Assembly (NCBI GenBank): GCA_020891255.1
Contig: BQFW01000012.1
Location: 620,001 to 684,000, forward strand
Length of the DNA: 64,000 nt
Origin: Entomortierella parvispora E1425
Taxonomy: Eukaryota; Fungi; Mortierellomycota
Direction of reading: 5' to 3'
The notes below the pieces were generated by a model. It was not told the DNA's origin. It did not search any database and saw only the letters and a list, made by a program, of their open reading frames with translations. This document shows positions 1-12,345 of the stretch, piece after piece. Every line of letters begins with the position of its first letter. Within the stretch, counting starts at the first letter, position 1. The translations under genes and the position numbers were made by a program.

Positions 1-687
1 CGAGTGAGAAGACAGGGCGGCTCTTGGTGGCCCGTGCCGTTGATGAAATAGAGGATAGTGGGGGGTATGGCTCTGTTGTAATGGCTGCATCTGGACGTGA
101 ACTGGCTCTTGTGGAGGAGTTGAAGCCATATCGGCAATGTCGCGATACGCCGCAGTCATTGGCTCGGGCAGCGTTGGCGGCGGCGTGCGTGAAAATGTCA
201 AAGGGTCCCCATAAACATACAGAGGGGAGGATGCTTGAGCTGCCACGGGGACACTGAGGTGAGAGGTATGGTGGCAGTCAAACAATGGAGGGGGAAATAT
301 CGCTTGTGGGAGTGTCCGAGGCACTGGCCGAAGGTCCGAAGACGAGCATGGCGAAGTAACCGGCGCTGTCACGGAGACTTGTCTCGAATCTGCGTCGTGC
401 GCTGTGATCGCTGCCGCCCCAAATGATAAAGAGGCAGTGTCCCTGCACTGGGACTCGACCTTATTGTTACGACGTTCCTCGAGATGGTACAGAGTAAGAC
501 AGCAAGTAGGCTGATGACAGGCTCGATAGATCCCTTCGGAGACTTGAATCCGAACCTGCGCACAGTTGCATGCCAGATTGTCGGGCAACGTGGCGGGTAC
601 ATTGTGTACAAGGACTTGTATAGAAGCACTAATTGCAGTACCACTCCGTTGAGCTGGATAGCTCTCCGTAGCTTGGAAAGCTTGCAT
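1..687 (-). CDS. Partial hypothetical protein (Pro/Ser/His/Gln-rich), runs off the left edge
   Basis: Manual translation of the minus strand: ATG at 687 opens a stop-free frame of 229 codons to base 1 (MQAFQATESYPAQRSGT...TPPQEPVHVQMQPLQQSHTPHYPLFHQRHG). It is absent from the ORF track because there is no stop in the window. No family recognised; the start is uncertain. Confidence 0.45.
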   Translation of the reverse strand, partial: MQAFQATESYPAQRSGTAISASIQVLVHNVPATLPDNLACNCAQVRIQVSEGIYRACHQPTCCLTLYHLEERRNNKVESQCRDTASLSFGAAAITAHDADSRQVSVTAPVTSPCSSSDLRPVPRTLPQAIFPPPLFDCHHTSHLSVPVAAQASSPLYVYGDPLTFSRTPPPTLPEPMTAAYRDIADMASTPPQEPVHVQMQPLQQSHTPHYPLFHQRHGPPRAALSSHS

Positions 688-2366
688 GACTGTCGATCGG
701 CGTATGACGTCCAAAAATTGGGGTTGGGGGAGATATTGAATGTGTAAGAGTATAAGCGTGGCTAAGCGTCTGGGCAGGGTATCAGGGCTATTATCCTGTC
801 AATTCTCTACTGTTTTTAGAGAGAAGTATACCAAGAAGAGGCTACTTCTCGGTCTTTTTTGAATTCTGACTAGAATTAAGGATCGACGGAGAATCGCGTG
901 GAAACAAAAAAGACCTTGTCAATCAAGAAATCTGATCGCTGCATATTAAGACCTTCCCCGCGGTGGATATTTTCCAATGTGCCAATGTGTACAGCACTGA
1001 AGAGCACTAACCTGACCAAATGGGCTTTGCGGAAACAGTAGGTTGAGGTGTTGGATCGAGACTTGTGTGAGAATTGGTGACGGAAGGTGCAAGGGAAGAG
1101 AGAAGGAGGAGCTGAAGGACTTCCAAGGCGAAGTTATAAGCGAAAAAAAAAAAAAAAGAATTCCTCCCCCCAAAAAAAACGGCAGAATGAGAAATAAGAG
1201 ATCTCCCTGTGCATGGAGACCATGCAGTCTGTTGCCAAAAAAAATAATACAGGATGCATTGATCAAAAAGAGCATGCGCAAGTAAGGGGGGTCGACGAGT
1301 TGACGATATGGCCATGAAAAGGCGAGACCACAAATGGTGCGGCACAGAAGCTCGGGACAGCCATCGGCAATGAGAGTTGGATGGAAATCTCTCAATCTTG
1401 CGTTCATGCAACAAACAAGAAAACTGCTCTCCTCTGAATGGTATAAACAAGTCAATCGAGTTTGTCTCTCTCATTATCCTTTCAGTGATTAGGATTTCGA
1501 TCCCATTCTGGAAAGAAGTCGTCAGGAATAACAAGAAAGAAATAAAGAACAGGCAAAGGAACACGAAAAGATTCTTGTCGCACAACAGATCGCCGTCGAC
1601 GATCTTCTCTATTTGAGCGTGGGTACAATTCCAAGCCCCAGCAGGGGCTAGATAGAATGATAACTAAGGAGGGGGCACCATATCTGATCCCGACTCTGTT
1701 CGAGATATCTGGAGCTACGTTTTGATCTAGAGGCATCAAAAACCCCAGATTTCTTTGCAAATATCAGCTTCATTTGCCTAAAAAGCACCGAGAGCTGTAA
1801 CAAGAGCAAAGGAAGGCAAAGCTATATCATGCGAACTTGCCTGGACATTCACCACGGCAACGCATCGAGTAAACCTTCCCATGAACGCACAGTCCCTTTT
1901 AGATCTGCCACAAACAAAGGCATGCCAACTCAACGGGATGGATACTTGTAGAAACAGAATAAAAATACATACCTCTCTACTGATAGAAATTTACTTTCGG
2001 AAACTACAACTACAGGGTATGCCCACACTGAGAGAGATCGCAAACCAGTATCACAGTATGGAGACAATGACTACACTGAGCTTGAAAGAGAAGTCAGCAG
2101 TGGCAAGAGACTCTAAAGCTACAAAGTCTCAAAGAAACATATCGAGGGTTTAAAGCGTGTGCTCGCACTCTTTGTTTCCGCAATGGCGCAGTTCTTGTCA
2201 GGTCTCGTCTCGATTGACAATTCACTAAAATGATATGATAACACGATTGTGCGCCCAATGTTTGTCCATTCGATGAGACCATGATTGCCACCAGGTGTCC
2301 CCCTGGCAATTGTTCACCAAGAATTAAACATCATCTAAGGTTACGAAGAAGGTTGTGCGGTACATT

Positions 2367-2425
2367 TGCTTTGCTTTGCTTTGCTTTGCTTTAATTTTTT
2401 TTTTTCATTTTTTTTTTTTTTTTTT
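2367..2425. repeat. (GCTTT)n microsatellite followed by poly-T tracts
   Basis: Read directly: tttgctttgctttgctttgctttgcttt, then two T runs. Confidence 0.85.
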
Positions 2426-3196
2426 CATTCCCGTGTTCAACAATACTCAAACTTGCTCATGACGGTCAACAACTCTCTTTCGAGCTTCAAATGGTCCAGG
2501 TCCTCTAGATAGCATCTCGCCTTGGAAATGGTATTATTGAAAAAGTGGACAGCTCGGAAAAGAACGAATAAGAACTGTTTCACCATCGATATGGCAAGAC
2601 GTAAACATCATATGAGACAAGATTTGGTGTTAACGCGCAAGGAATCCACTTCTTGCTGTGAGCAAGAGTTCTTTCATTCAGACCGCAAAAGGGGGAGGAG
2701 GAGGGGGGGGGGGAATGTACCTTGTCCAATGTCGTTTGTCGGGTGCAGAAACCGGTGGCGGGCAACAAGCGCGGGAGGAGAGGGATGATTTTCAGAAATC
2801 ATAAAATGCACAAGAACACTTTGTTTTATTTGTTGTCGCCGTGCAAGCTGGCCAGTGAATCGACCTGACCTGGACGCTTGGGCCCGCCTGCATGTCCAGA
2901 CATACCGACAACCATTATTTTGTTCAAGAAAGGAAGTGGGTGTGGGGACGGCATTTGACATCGATCGCTGAAAATGTTCGCAGCGCGCGCTAGGCGGTGT
3001 TAAGGGGCAGCAGAGAATTGGAAGGCGCGAAACGCGACAGGCAAATGCACGGGCAACCATTGCGTGCTTGCATCTTGCTTGAGGACCCGAACCATCTGCC
3101 CACCGCACTTTGAAAGACAACATACATTGGGCAACAGAACAACAGCAGCGGCAACAATAACAACAACTACGAACAGCTGGAAAAGCCAATCAAGCC

Positions 3197-3947
3197 ATGT
3201 CACGCATCATTCTCATTCCTGGCAACGGTAATGATCAAGTAGAGACATCCATGTGGTACCCATCTACAATTCATGCTCTGGCGGATGCAAAACATCCGGA
3301 GACAGGCCTGCATCTGTTTGGAGGGGGGGCTGTACTCAGGACCTTCCCTGACCCTTACGACGCCCACGAGAATATCTGGATACCATTCATGGAGGACGCT
3401 CTCGAAATCAACGAGTCGGACGTCGTAATTGGTCACAGCAGTGGTGCTGCCGCTATCTTGAGGTTTATCGAAACCAGAAAGGTCAAGGGTGTTGTTCTTG
3501 TCAGTGCTTACCATTCTGATCTAGGCGACATCTCGGAGGTAATTGTCGCTGGATATTTCCACCTTTTCGTGCCGTCATCTCTTTCCTCATATTCAAGTTG
3601 CTATCTGTAAAAAAAACTTTTAGCGCGAGGCGGGATACTTCAACAGGCCCTGGAACTGGGACGCCATCTCCAGCAACGCATCTTGGATAGTCCAGTTCTG
3701 TAAGTCAATACGCAACCAATTGCTATTCCTTGAGCAATTGACTCACACTTGAATTCCTGTTTGTTTTCATCAACGATCAACAGCGAGCCCTAGTGACCAC
3801 CTAGTTCCGATCGACGAGCAGCGCCTTGTGGCAAGCAAAATTGCAGGAGTGGATTACATTGAACTTCCAGGGCGAGGCCACTTTATCCGGGACCACGACT
3901 TTCCAGAACTGGTCACAAAAGTCATCCAGAAAATGACGACTGCGTAG
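3197..3947 (+). CDS. RBBP9: RBBP9/YdeN-family alpha/beta serine hydrolase (3 exons)
   Basis: IILIPGNG N-terminus, WYP, PDP, nucleophile elbow IGHSSG, LVSAY, GYFNRPWNW, downstream D (SDHLVP) and GHF. Introns at about 3539-3621 and 3700-3783; stop TAG at 3945-3947. Confidence 0.9.
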
Positions 3948-4058
3948 ATTTTGCTACTAGCAGATGCTGAAATAATACTGTTTATCTTGGCATTTTGGCT
4001 ACCTACTTCTACGCATGAGACTGAACTAGCTCGATAGAGAAGACTGGGCTTTTTTTTT

Positions 4059-4684
4059 CTACGCCGTCTTCCCTAAAGCTTGCGTTGACGTAGATGGTGG
4101 TTGTGATGTTGCAGCTGCAGCTGCTGCAGCTGCTGCAGAAGGGTTGGCTTCAGAAGACTGGGTTTTGGGGGTTGACGAGGAGGTAGCACTGGCAGAAGAG
4201 GGCTGCTTCTTGCTCTCTTCATCGTGAAAGCCCAGGTTCTTGAAGTTATCCGTGCCCATGAGACCACTATGTTTCCGAAGAGAATGCAAACTTGGTGGTT
4301 GGTGTTCTGTTTCTTTTTGGGAGACTCGTTTCATGGTTAGGGAAACGTAAACTATGGTTAGTCATCTTACTTTTCCATGCGGCAGTTCAGGTAGTTCTTG
4401 GACAAGTGTCGGCATTTGCCATTGTTGTTCTGGTTGTCCTTAAGACAGGCCAAATACTCCTTCATGAACTTGCTGCACTCGCCTATGATTGAATTGTTCA
4501 ATTTTTCCGAAGGGAAGAGGAGTCGCTAGTCAGTAACAGGGAATTTTGAGCATCCTTGGATCTGATGGCGGGTGGACCATTACGTTGACAGTAGAGACTT
4601 ACCGTCGTGATCCAGGGGGAAGCTACCGCGATCTGGAGGGTTGGCGGAGAAGGTCGTAAAGCTGGGAGGGCGTCCGAAACTCAT
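4059..4684 (-). CDS. COX19: Cytochrome c oxidase assembly protein COX19 (twin CX9C), 3 exons
   Basis: Spliced translation MSFGRPPSFTTFSANPPDRGSFPLDHDG/ECSKFMKEYLACLKDNQNNNGKCRHLSKNYLNCRMEK/GLMGTDNFKNLGF shows the PPxRGSFPLDHxGEC signature and two CX9C motifs. Confidence 0.95.
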
Positions 4685-5341
4685 AGTGATCGTTTACTGC
4701 TTTTACTTTTTTATGTGGGAGGGAGCTGCTGTTGGGGTGGTCTTGTCGACGTGCTGTAGCAAAATGCAGGCGTGATTCGAGGTGGAGTGGTCGTGTGGGA
4801 ATGAGTGATTGGATGTTCATGGGAAGAAAGTTTGAAGTCTGATCTGTGCTTGAACCCGGGTGTGGCGGGCGCGGGGCGCGGGGTGTGACTGCCTTTTTTT
4901 TTCTGTAGGCGCTGTAGGCGCGTGTCAGCCAAGGGAGTCGGCAGGGTTTGGCTTCATCCCGGAGAAGGGACGGGGGGATGGTTCATGCATTGCAATGCCA
5001 TCCGAAAAGGGGGTGCATCAATGCAGGAGTCAATGCACTGTGCGACAAGGAAAGAGGAAAGGGGCTGTTGTGTGTTTTCGATGGATGCATTTCATTGTCT
5101 TGTTCCCGATTCCTGCTTCGTTTCGACCAGGCAGGAAAGGAAAAAAAAAAAAAAAAAAAAAGAGAAAAAAGCCTTCTTTCTCTCTTTCTTTCGTTCTCTC
5201 TTCCCTCCCCTACCATATCCACCCCCATACGCCAAGCCATACCGCTATCCAGCTGTCGCTTTCTTTCTCCCTCTTTCCTCTTCTGCCCCCCATTAATCCT
5301 TGATAGCAGACCCATACCCACCTAAACATCCTCTACTCACA

Positions 5342-6751
5342 ATGGTCCACCCAGGAATTGTTGTGGCCGGAGTCTTTGGCGTTGTAGTGACAGGCGTGGT
5401 CATCTACACAATCCTCAAGGAGGAGATCGATGAGTTCTTAGATTCTTTTGAAAAACCAAGTCTTGTAGGCGCAAGTGGAGGCGGCCGACATCGGCAGCAG
5501 CAACAGCAGGACCAGCAGCAGCAGCAGCGACGGTTCTCACATGATGAGAACTTTCAAGCTGGAGGTCAATCGTCATCCATGTACCAGCCGGATTATGAAC
5601 TACGACAGCGCCGACGACCAGATGAAGAGGATGAAAAAGAACCTGACGTAAGTATTTCTCTTGCCTTCTGCACATCATCTGCACCTCCCCCTTGGCGTGG
5701 CACTGTCCATGAAGAGACAACAGTACGAGTGGCCAAGAGTCAAAGGATTGTCCGGATATATCATTTTGTTTTGGCCGGTGAAGGGGTGCACTTGTCTTTT
5801 TTTGATTACGCTCATGGGCTGGTTGGGAATGCTTTGAGCCTTGGGCATGGGGCATGGAGAGCAGGAATGTCAGCACATGCAAAGTCTCGCATGCGGTGCT
5901 CTGTCTGCTAAGGTCAAGGAGAGGGTCTTCGTCTGTCCGTGTCATGACCTCTGCATATTGCACAGGTGTTTTAGACCTGGTCTTTTTTTATCCCTCTGGT
6001 CTTGCTTGGCTTTGAAGTCGATCGGATTGCAACGGCGGATAGGCCAGCGAATCTCTGTACCACCATCACCAAAGACACAGGGTCGCTTGACCTCAATTTT
6101 TGATGTATGGTTTTGGTATGCAGTCGGTTGCAGTCTTGGCGTTCAGTAGCTAACGAAAGGTATCACTTTTTTTATTGACAATTGACAATATATTGGAACC
6201 TTTAGCACGATATTCTGATGGAGAGGCTGCGCAGGATTAACGAATCCGAAGCCAATATTGAAGCCAGCGAAGCTCGCCTCGCAGCCTTGGAGAGAGCTAT
6301 GAAGGAGCGTGAAGAGCAGTTGGAACGAAACTTGCAGGAGCTGAAAGCCCGTAAGCAGCAATCATCAGAGCTGTACCGGAACCCATTCGAAGCCAACGAG
6401 CCCTTGATTCGTGACTATAATGTCAATGATAGCCAGGATCTTTTGATCTCTGATGAGTCTGGTGCCAAGGTCGACACACGCGCTGCCCATGCCATCCTTC
6501 GACATGACTTGAGCAGCAACCACCAAGAAAACATCAACCCCTTTGAGGACCCCTCTACTTTGATCTCGAATGCCTCGGCATCCGCCCATTCGTCTGTCCG
6601 TGGGGATGAAGATGACTTTGTAGACGCCGAGGATCGTCGATCTGCCACTGCTGGTAGCCACCGTGACGACGAAGAGGATTTGGACTGGACCGATGCCGAG
6701 GTTGGAAGCGTGGGGTCACACGATTCGGACGAGTCCTGGGGATCGCCATAA
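5342..6751 (+). CDS. Hypothetical N-terminally anchored membrane protein with coiled coil and NPF/NPFxD motifs
   Basis: Exon 1 starts MVHPGIVVAGVFGVVVTGVVIYTIL (hydrophobic) and ends at a GTAAGT donor near 5648. Exon 2 begins after CTTTAG near 6206 and has a heptad-like segment (ERLRRINESEANIEASEARLAALERAMKEREEQLERNLQELKARK) and an acidic tail. Confidence 0.7.
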
Positions 6752-6985
6752 ACACCAACCAACCTTCTTTCCATTCAAACCGGCCTGCCTTACTCGCTCT
6801 TCTGGCGATTATGTTTAACGACCCACACCGCCAACACAGGTGTCATACGTAGACCATATTAAAGACCTTTGGGAATTGATGTTCGATTTTTTTTCTTTAT
6901 GCCAAAAAAAGAAGCGCAAAAAAACTTCAGTATGCAATTATGTTGATCTTCTCCTGCATTGCTGGATTGAATAAGGGGTCGTTTC

Positions 6986-8497
6986 TCAGAAGTTGTTCTT
7001 CATCTCTCGCAGAACATGCATGACGTCAATAGGATCCGTCTTTCCTGTCACGGTCTGCAGTGAGGGCTCACTACAGTATAAAAAAATAAAAAAATAAAAA
7101 AAAACCAGGAGCAACCAGGGCAAGGGGAGTCAGCAAGAGAATATCAGATAAGAGTCAGGATATTGCTCCAACACATTCCATTTCGACATTTCGATCTATG
7201 CGACATAATCGTCGAAACTTACTTGACGCGGAGGAAAGGATTACAGAGTAATTCCTCGCCGATTGTTCCTGGCACGGTCATGGTAACAGACTCGTCAGAG
7301 CACCACTGCAGCTTTTGAGCCACATGAGCGTTATCGGGCTCGACATGGAGTGCAAACTCGAGGTTGGCCTTTGTGTATTCGTGACCGCAATAAACCTTGG
7401 TCTCCACGGGGAGCGTGGCCAAGATATGAAGCAAGCTGTTGTACATATCTGCTGCAGTTCCTTCAAAGAAACGCCCGCATCCACCTGAACAGATAGGAGA
7501 GAGATTCAAACAAGGGCGATCAGAAAAAAAAAAACGAAGTTGTGTGAGCGTCCGTTCGAAGGTGACACGATGACAAATTGTAACGCAAAAAGAAAAACAA
7601 AGCAAAAAAGAATGGACAATTTGAACCTACTTAGGAAGAGGGTATCTCCGGTAAAAACGGCACGGTCGTTGCCATCCTTGACATAATAACTGACGCTTCC
7701 CTTGGTATGACAATGAGTCCACAGAGCCTGTACTGTCAAGGATCCGACCTTGAACTCTTCCTTGTCCTTGACCACATAGTTAATCTCGGGAATACGTGCG
7801 TCTGCGCCGAAAACGGCAAGACCCGGCTTCTTGGCAATCAACTCAATGTTGCCTCCTGCATGATCCATATGATGGTGTGTGCACAAAACCGAAGTCAACT
7901 TTGCACCCAAATGTTGAAGGATGTGCATCAACTTCTGAGGTTCCACTGGATCAACAACTGCTGCCTCTGATGTCTCTTCGTCGAGGATGATGTACGCATA
8001 GTTGTCTAGGATGGATCAGGGGGGTTAGAAACGAATAAATCTCACACGCACACACTGACGTACTCCTCTTTCTGTTCTTTATCTTTTGTTGTTTATTTCT
8101 CTTTACCTTTCAAGACAGGGACTGGAATGATGCGCATTGTGGAGGCGGATGTGGAAGATGTGGAGAATGGTTTCAGAGTGGAGGAGGAAAAGCGAGGGAA
8201 GGATGGAAAGCAATGAGCACTTGTTTGAAATGAGCTTTTGTAGGCGGTGTTGTTGATGCTGTGAAATGAAATGGACCTTGAGGTCACGGCAGCGGAGGTA
8301 GCAAGAGTGGAGAAGGAGAGACGGGACTTTGAGAATGAGAATGAAGGAGTGCCGGGTAAAATGTTCTTTAGGAGGCTATGACGAAGTTGAGTAGGCGTGG
8401 ATGCGACAATGGCAGAGTGGGAGAGAAAATCAGAACGGGGGAATGCAAGAGAAGAGAAGAGGAAAGGAGCGAACACGAGTCGTGAGCGAGTCATCAT
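6986..8497 (-). CDS. GLO2: Hydroxyacylglutathione hydrolase (glyoxalase II) with an in-frame N-terminal extension
   Basis: MRIIPVPVL start (ATG 8137), metallo-beta-lactamase motif THHHMDHAGGN, HTKGS, FTGDTLF, GCGRFFEG, VYCGHEYT, NPFLRV, and last exon EPSLQTVTGKTDPIDVMHVLREMKNNF*. An upstream in-frame ATG lies at 8497. Confidence 0.95.
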
Positions 8498-9247
8498 TCC
8501 ATCGAATTAATCAATAGGATGGAGAGGGTGGGATGCGCAACACAGAGATAGAGACACGACGAGACGACAAAAGAAGTTTCCAACCACGCGGGAACTGTTC
8601 TAAAAAGAAGTTCAGCTTGGTGTGCGTGGGGGGACAGAGAGGAACCCAATTCAACCCAGCCCACACCCCCAGAGCCACGAGGGGCTCGAGCGGAGATGAA
8701 CAACAGCGCGGCACCTCTTGTCTCTCAATTTGACACGAAGTACTTCTTTTGCTTCTGTCGATTCATCCTCTTCAGTCCTGCGGCCGGGGGCGATAGGCCC
8801 GGAGTCTCAAGGGCCGTGTGACCCGATCTCCTGGGGCTGTGCCGTCGTCTGGATACCCGATCCCTGGTTCCGATCGAGCAAACAAACATCGACATTGTTT
8901 CATTCAGGTATGATCTTGACAGCTGAGTAATTTACACAGCGCAAAAAGAGGGATCGCCAGCCTTTTTTCTTTTTTTTTTCTTTTGGATGTTTGGTCCATT
9001 GGCCGTCAGTTTTCTCCCACGTTTTCACTCCTGCGTTGTCCGAATGGGCTTTTTTTTCTTAAGTAGCTGTTCGTTGCCCTTTTGAAGCACCACCTCGATC
9101 GTTTCCTCGATCGTTTTTTTATTCTCAATCGCCACTTCGTTGCTGACGAGAATTCAAGGGCTACTCAGAAAAATGGCCATGACTGAACCATGGATGCAGG
9201 GTAAGCCTATTGTCTGCAATGACTTTCTTCTTGGTTGTTTGTCCTCA

Positions 9248-10311
9248 TCATTCCACAAGTGTTGTCGATAAAAGCTCCCTATCCTCGTCGAGATCCAGTC
9301 GCAAGTGTCGGCCTGCAGATAAACCTCCTGCGTCCTTGAAGATGTTCTCAGTCTTGAGTCGTTCTAAATAAAGCTCGTAAGCAGGCATGAACCTCGACAC
9401 AAACTCTTTGACTTGTTCCTCTGTCATCCCTGTTCCTCTTGCTGCCCAAAGTTCCTGTTCTTGCTCTGCTCTCCACTTGAAGACCGCTTCCAGGTTTGGG
9501 GCCGAAAGGTGTACAAAGATATCCAGATAACTGTACCAGGCGGCTTCATATGCTTCCAAAGACCGATTGACCATCTCAACCGAGGCCAATGAATGTTGAG
9601 CGAGATAAAAAGGTGGGAAAGGTGTGTGTTTGTAGTAAGCAGCCTCCAGAGCCTTTGGATCGCGAATGGATTCAAACCCAAGCGACCAACCTTCGAACAG
9701 GACAACATCGAAGGGTCCTTCAACTCGAGTCCATTGGCTCTGTGGGACCTGATCGCCCCGACCTGCATTCAGTGCTTTATCGTAGCTGGGTACAGCTACG
9801 AAGTTCATGCCGTCATCGTGTTGCTTCTCTCCTTCAGATGTCAGCGCAAGTCTCTGATTAACGAGGCAGAGAGATCGGAAAGTATCGGCACCAAGGTCCA
9901 TGTCGTGGGTTCCGGGAAGACCCCGAAATTCAATCAGCTTGTTGTTGGGGTGCTGTTGACTCAACTCGACTTGTTTCTTGAACGGCAGGTAGAGATCGTC
10001 CATTGAGAACGTAAACACGCGTAGGTTATGAGGCGCTCCTGTTAAGGTCGAGACGAGTTTGTTCGTAATGGTGGTCTTGCCTGGAGATGATAAAAAGGAC
10101 ATATGGTAAGCGTGGCTTTTTGGCGGGCGGACGAACGCGTTCCTGCCGAGCGGAGTGTTGGGTTCTCACCAATGCCCTGTGGTCCTGATATGCCCACTAT
10201 AAGTGGTTTGGTGGCGGGAGCTATGTTAAGGCCAGGAGGGACGCGGCGTGGTGATGCGACATGGCGTAAAATGTGTTGAACAATGGCTTGTGCTTTATCA
10301 AGGTGGGGCAT
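9248..10311 (-). CDS. TDA10: P-loop kinase, TDA10/D-glycerate-3-kinase-like (2 exons)
   Basis: Spliced Walker A LIVGISGPQGIGKTT, FSMDDLYL, RGLPGTHD, PSYDKALNAGRGD, VLFEGWSLGF, WRAEQE, GMTEEQVKEFVSRFMPAYELY. Confidence 0.88.
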
Positions 10312-10547
10312 GATGAATGAAAACAGAGTATGAATGTGGAAAGAAGCTTCGCATCAGAAACAAGTGGGAGAAGCATCTTTTGTGGCTTTGTGACGGTGCA
10401 GCAGGTGGACAGAACAGGGCTGCATTGAAAGGGTCATGGACTCTTTTTCTTCTTCTTTGCCTCATTCTCATCGCATCACCCCAGTCAGCCTCGCCTGTTC
10501 TCGATCCATCTCCCTGTCATCACTCTATACCACACTTCACAAACGCC

Positions 10548-11534
10548 ATGGACTTGCCCATCATCCACTATAGCAAGTCCGAGTACATTGAGACGGTACC
10601 GTGTCTCGACCACCTCACCCTCGTTCCTGTTATCTCAGGCACCAGGCCAAAAGATGCAATGGCACTCACACACTCTGAACTCTCGTGAATCCTCCTCATT
10701 CCACCTTTTCAATTCCACAGGACACAGGCAACAAAGTCTCACGCAAGTCCGTCATTTGCGGCAGTCAGAACATCGTCCTCGGTGGCAAGGTGAGCATGGC
10801 CCTTTCAGTCATCCAACCACAGCGTGACAGTCACATGGACACATACTCAAAAGCGCGACCCTTCTTTTTACAGACAATATTGCAAACAGGAAGCGTGATC
10901 AGAGGCGACCTCAAGAGGACAGGAACAGGACATGCTGTCGTGGTGTCTGTAGGCCGGTATTGCTTCCTCTCACAAGGATGTGTGATCCGTCCGCCCTGCA
11001 AAACCTATAAAGGGTAAAAACACGCCAATTGCTCTTCTGTTTGGCCTCGTTCATCGCAACTGAGCAATTGATCATGAAAACTGATCCTTTGGCGCGTCAA
11101 CACTCTTCGTTCATGATATCTAGAGTATTCAGCTACTACCCCATGAAGATTGGAGACCATGTCATCATCGGAGAGGGCACCATCGTTCAAGCCGCCACCA
11201 TTGGATCCTTCGTCACTATCGGCAAGAACTGCGTCATTGTAAGTTCAAGTTTTAGAGTTAAACCGGGCCCTCACGCGTTGATCTTGAATGGACATGGAGG
11301 CTGATTTTTATATCTCCTTTGTGCATTAAAAAATAGGGTCGGTTTGCCATTATTAAAGATTGCTGCAAGATCGAAGACAACACTGTGATCCCACCCAACA
11401 CTGTCGTACCATCTTTTTCTATCTACAAAGGCTCGCCAGGAAAGCTGGTGGATGAGCTGCCAGAGAGTATTCAAGAGATTTATGAGGCCCGGACAAAAGA
11501 CCGCTACGCAAAATTTATTCCTAGAGCAGACTGA
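10548..11534 (+). CDS. DCTN5: Dynactin subunit 5 (p25), left-handed beta-helix, about 5 exons
   Basis: EYIET/DTGNKVSRKSVICGSQNIVLGGK, IRGDL, GRYC, RPPCK, YPMKIGDHVIIGEGTIVQAATIGSFVTIGKNCVI, IIKDCCKIEDNTVIPPNTVVPSFS, ELPES. Confidence 0.93.
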
Positions 11535-12345
11535 CGACCAAAGCTCAGATAAACCCCAACTTGTTCGACTTAGCGTCATCTTTAGTTAAAGTTCTTTTTG
11601 CATGAAGTATAGTTCCTGTCGACGATGATCATTCGAAAGCTGTTCAGCAGGAGAGATAGAAAAAAAGAAATAAGAAAAAAAAAGCTGAGAGAAAAGAGTA
11701 CATGGACAGACAACGGAACGGGAACGAAAGAGTTGCTAACGTGTCGAGCAGATCAATTTTTTTCCGTGTCCAGTCTTCCAGCAACCATTGCTAAGCTGTC
11801 TCTCCGATATAAAGAGATTGTAGATCAACAACACTTGGTTATCGGAATGAATGTCCAGCATCCTGCTGCCTGAACTGAGAACCTGAGAGGCAACGTGCAT
11901 CATTCAAAGATCGCACTGTTGCCACGCAGGCCAAGAACACCTCAAGTTTTGCTTGTGCGCTCAGACGCAGACACACTATCTATATCACGTGTGTGCCCAA
12001 GCTTGAACATTGGAATGAGACAGAAAAGGTCAGTCATTCTCTCTCCTCCTGCGTCTTCGTGGTCTCTCCCGTGCCTTAGGACCCCACAAACCGGAAGCTC
12101 TTTTCCTTTTCTCTTTTTCTTTCCGCAATTCTTTCTCCTCTTCTTCTCTTCGTTCCCTTGACACGATCGCTCACTCTTCTTTCGACAGCAGCTTTTCTGT
12201 TTCGACTCGATAAGACCATACCCCCTCGTCGTCCACTGCGCATCAGAAGAATTTCGTCAATTTAATACTTTAGAACGCACAGGTGTCGCGTTTCTCGACC
12301 TATCAGTGCACTACCACCTCTCCCAATCCCACTCACGCGACACTT

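Noticed and set aside
4845-4862. GGTTCAA B-box/T-loop-like string on the minus strand
   Set aside because: It does not fit GTTCRANNC, and no cloverleaf or A-box could be built, so no tRNA is called.
5648-6205. Longer introns here and in PDI1 (about 58333-58622) as snoRNA hosts
   Set aside because: No convincing box C (RTGATGA) and box D (CTGA) pair with a terminal stem, and no H/ACA architecture, could be identified.
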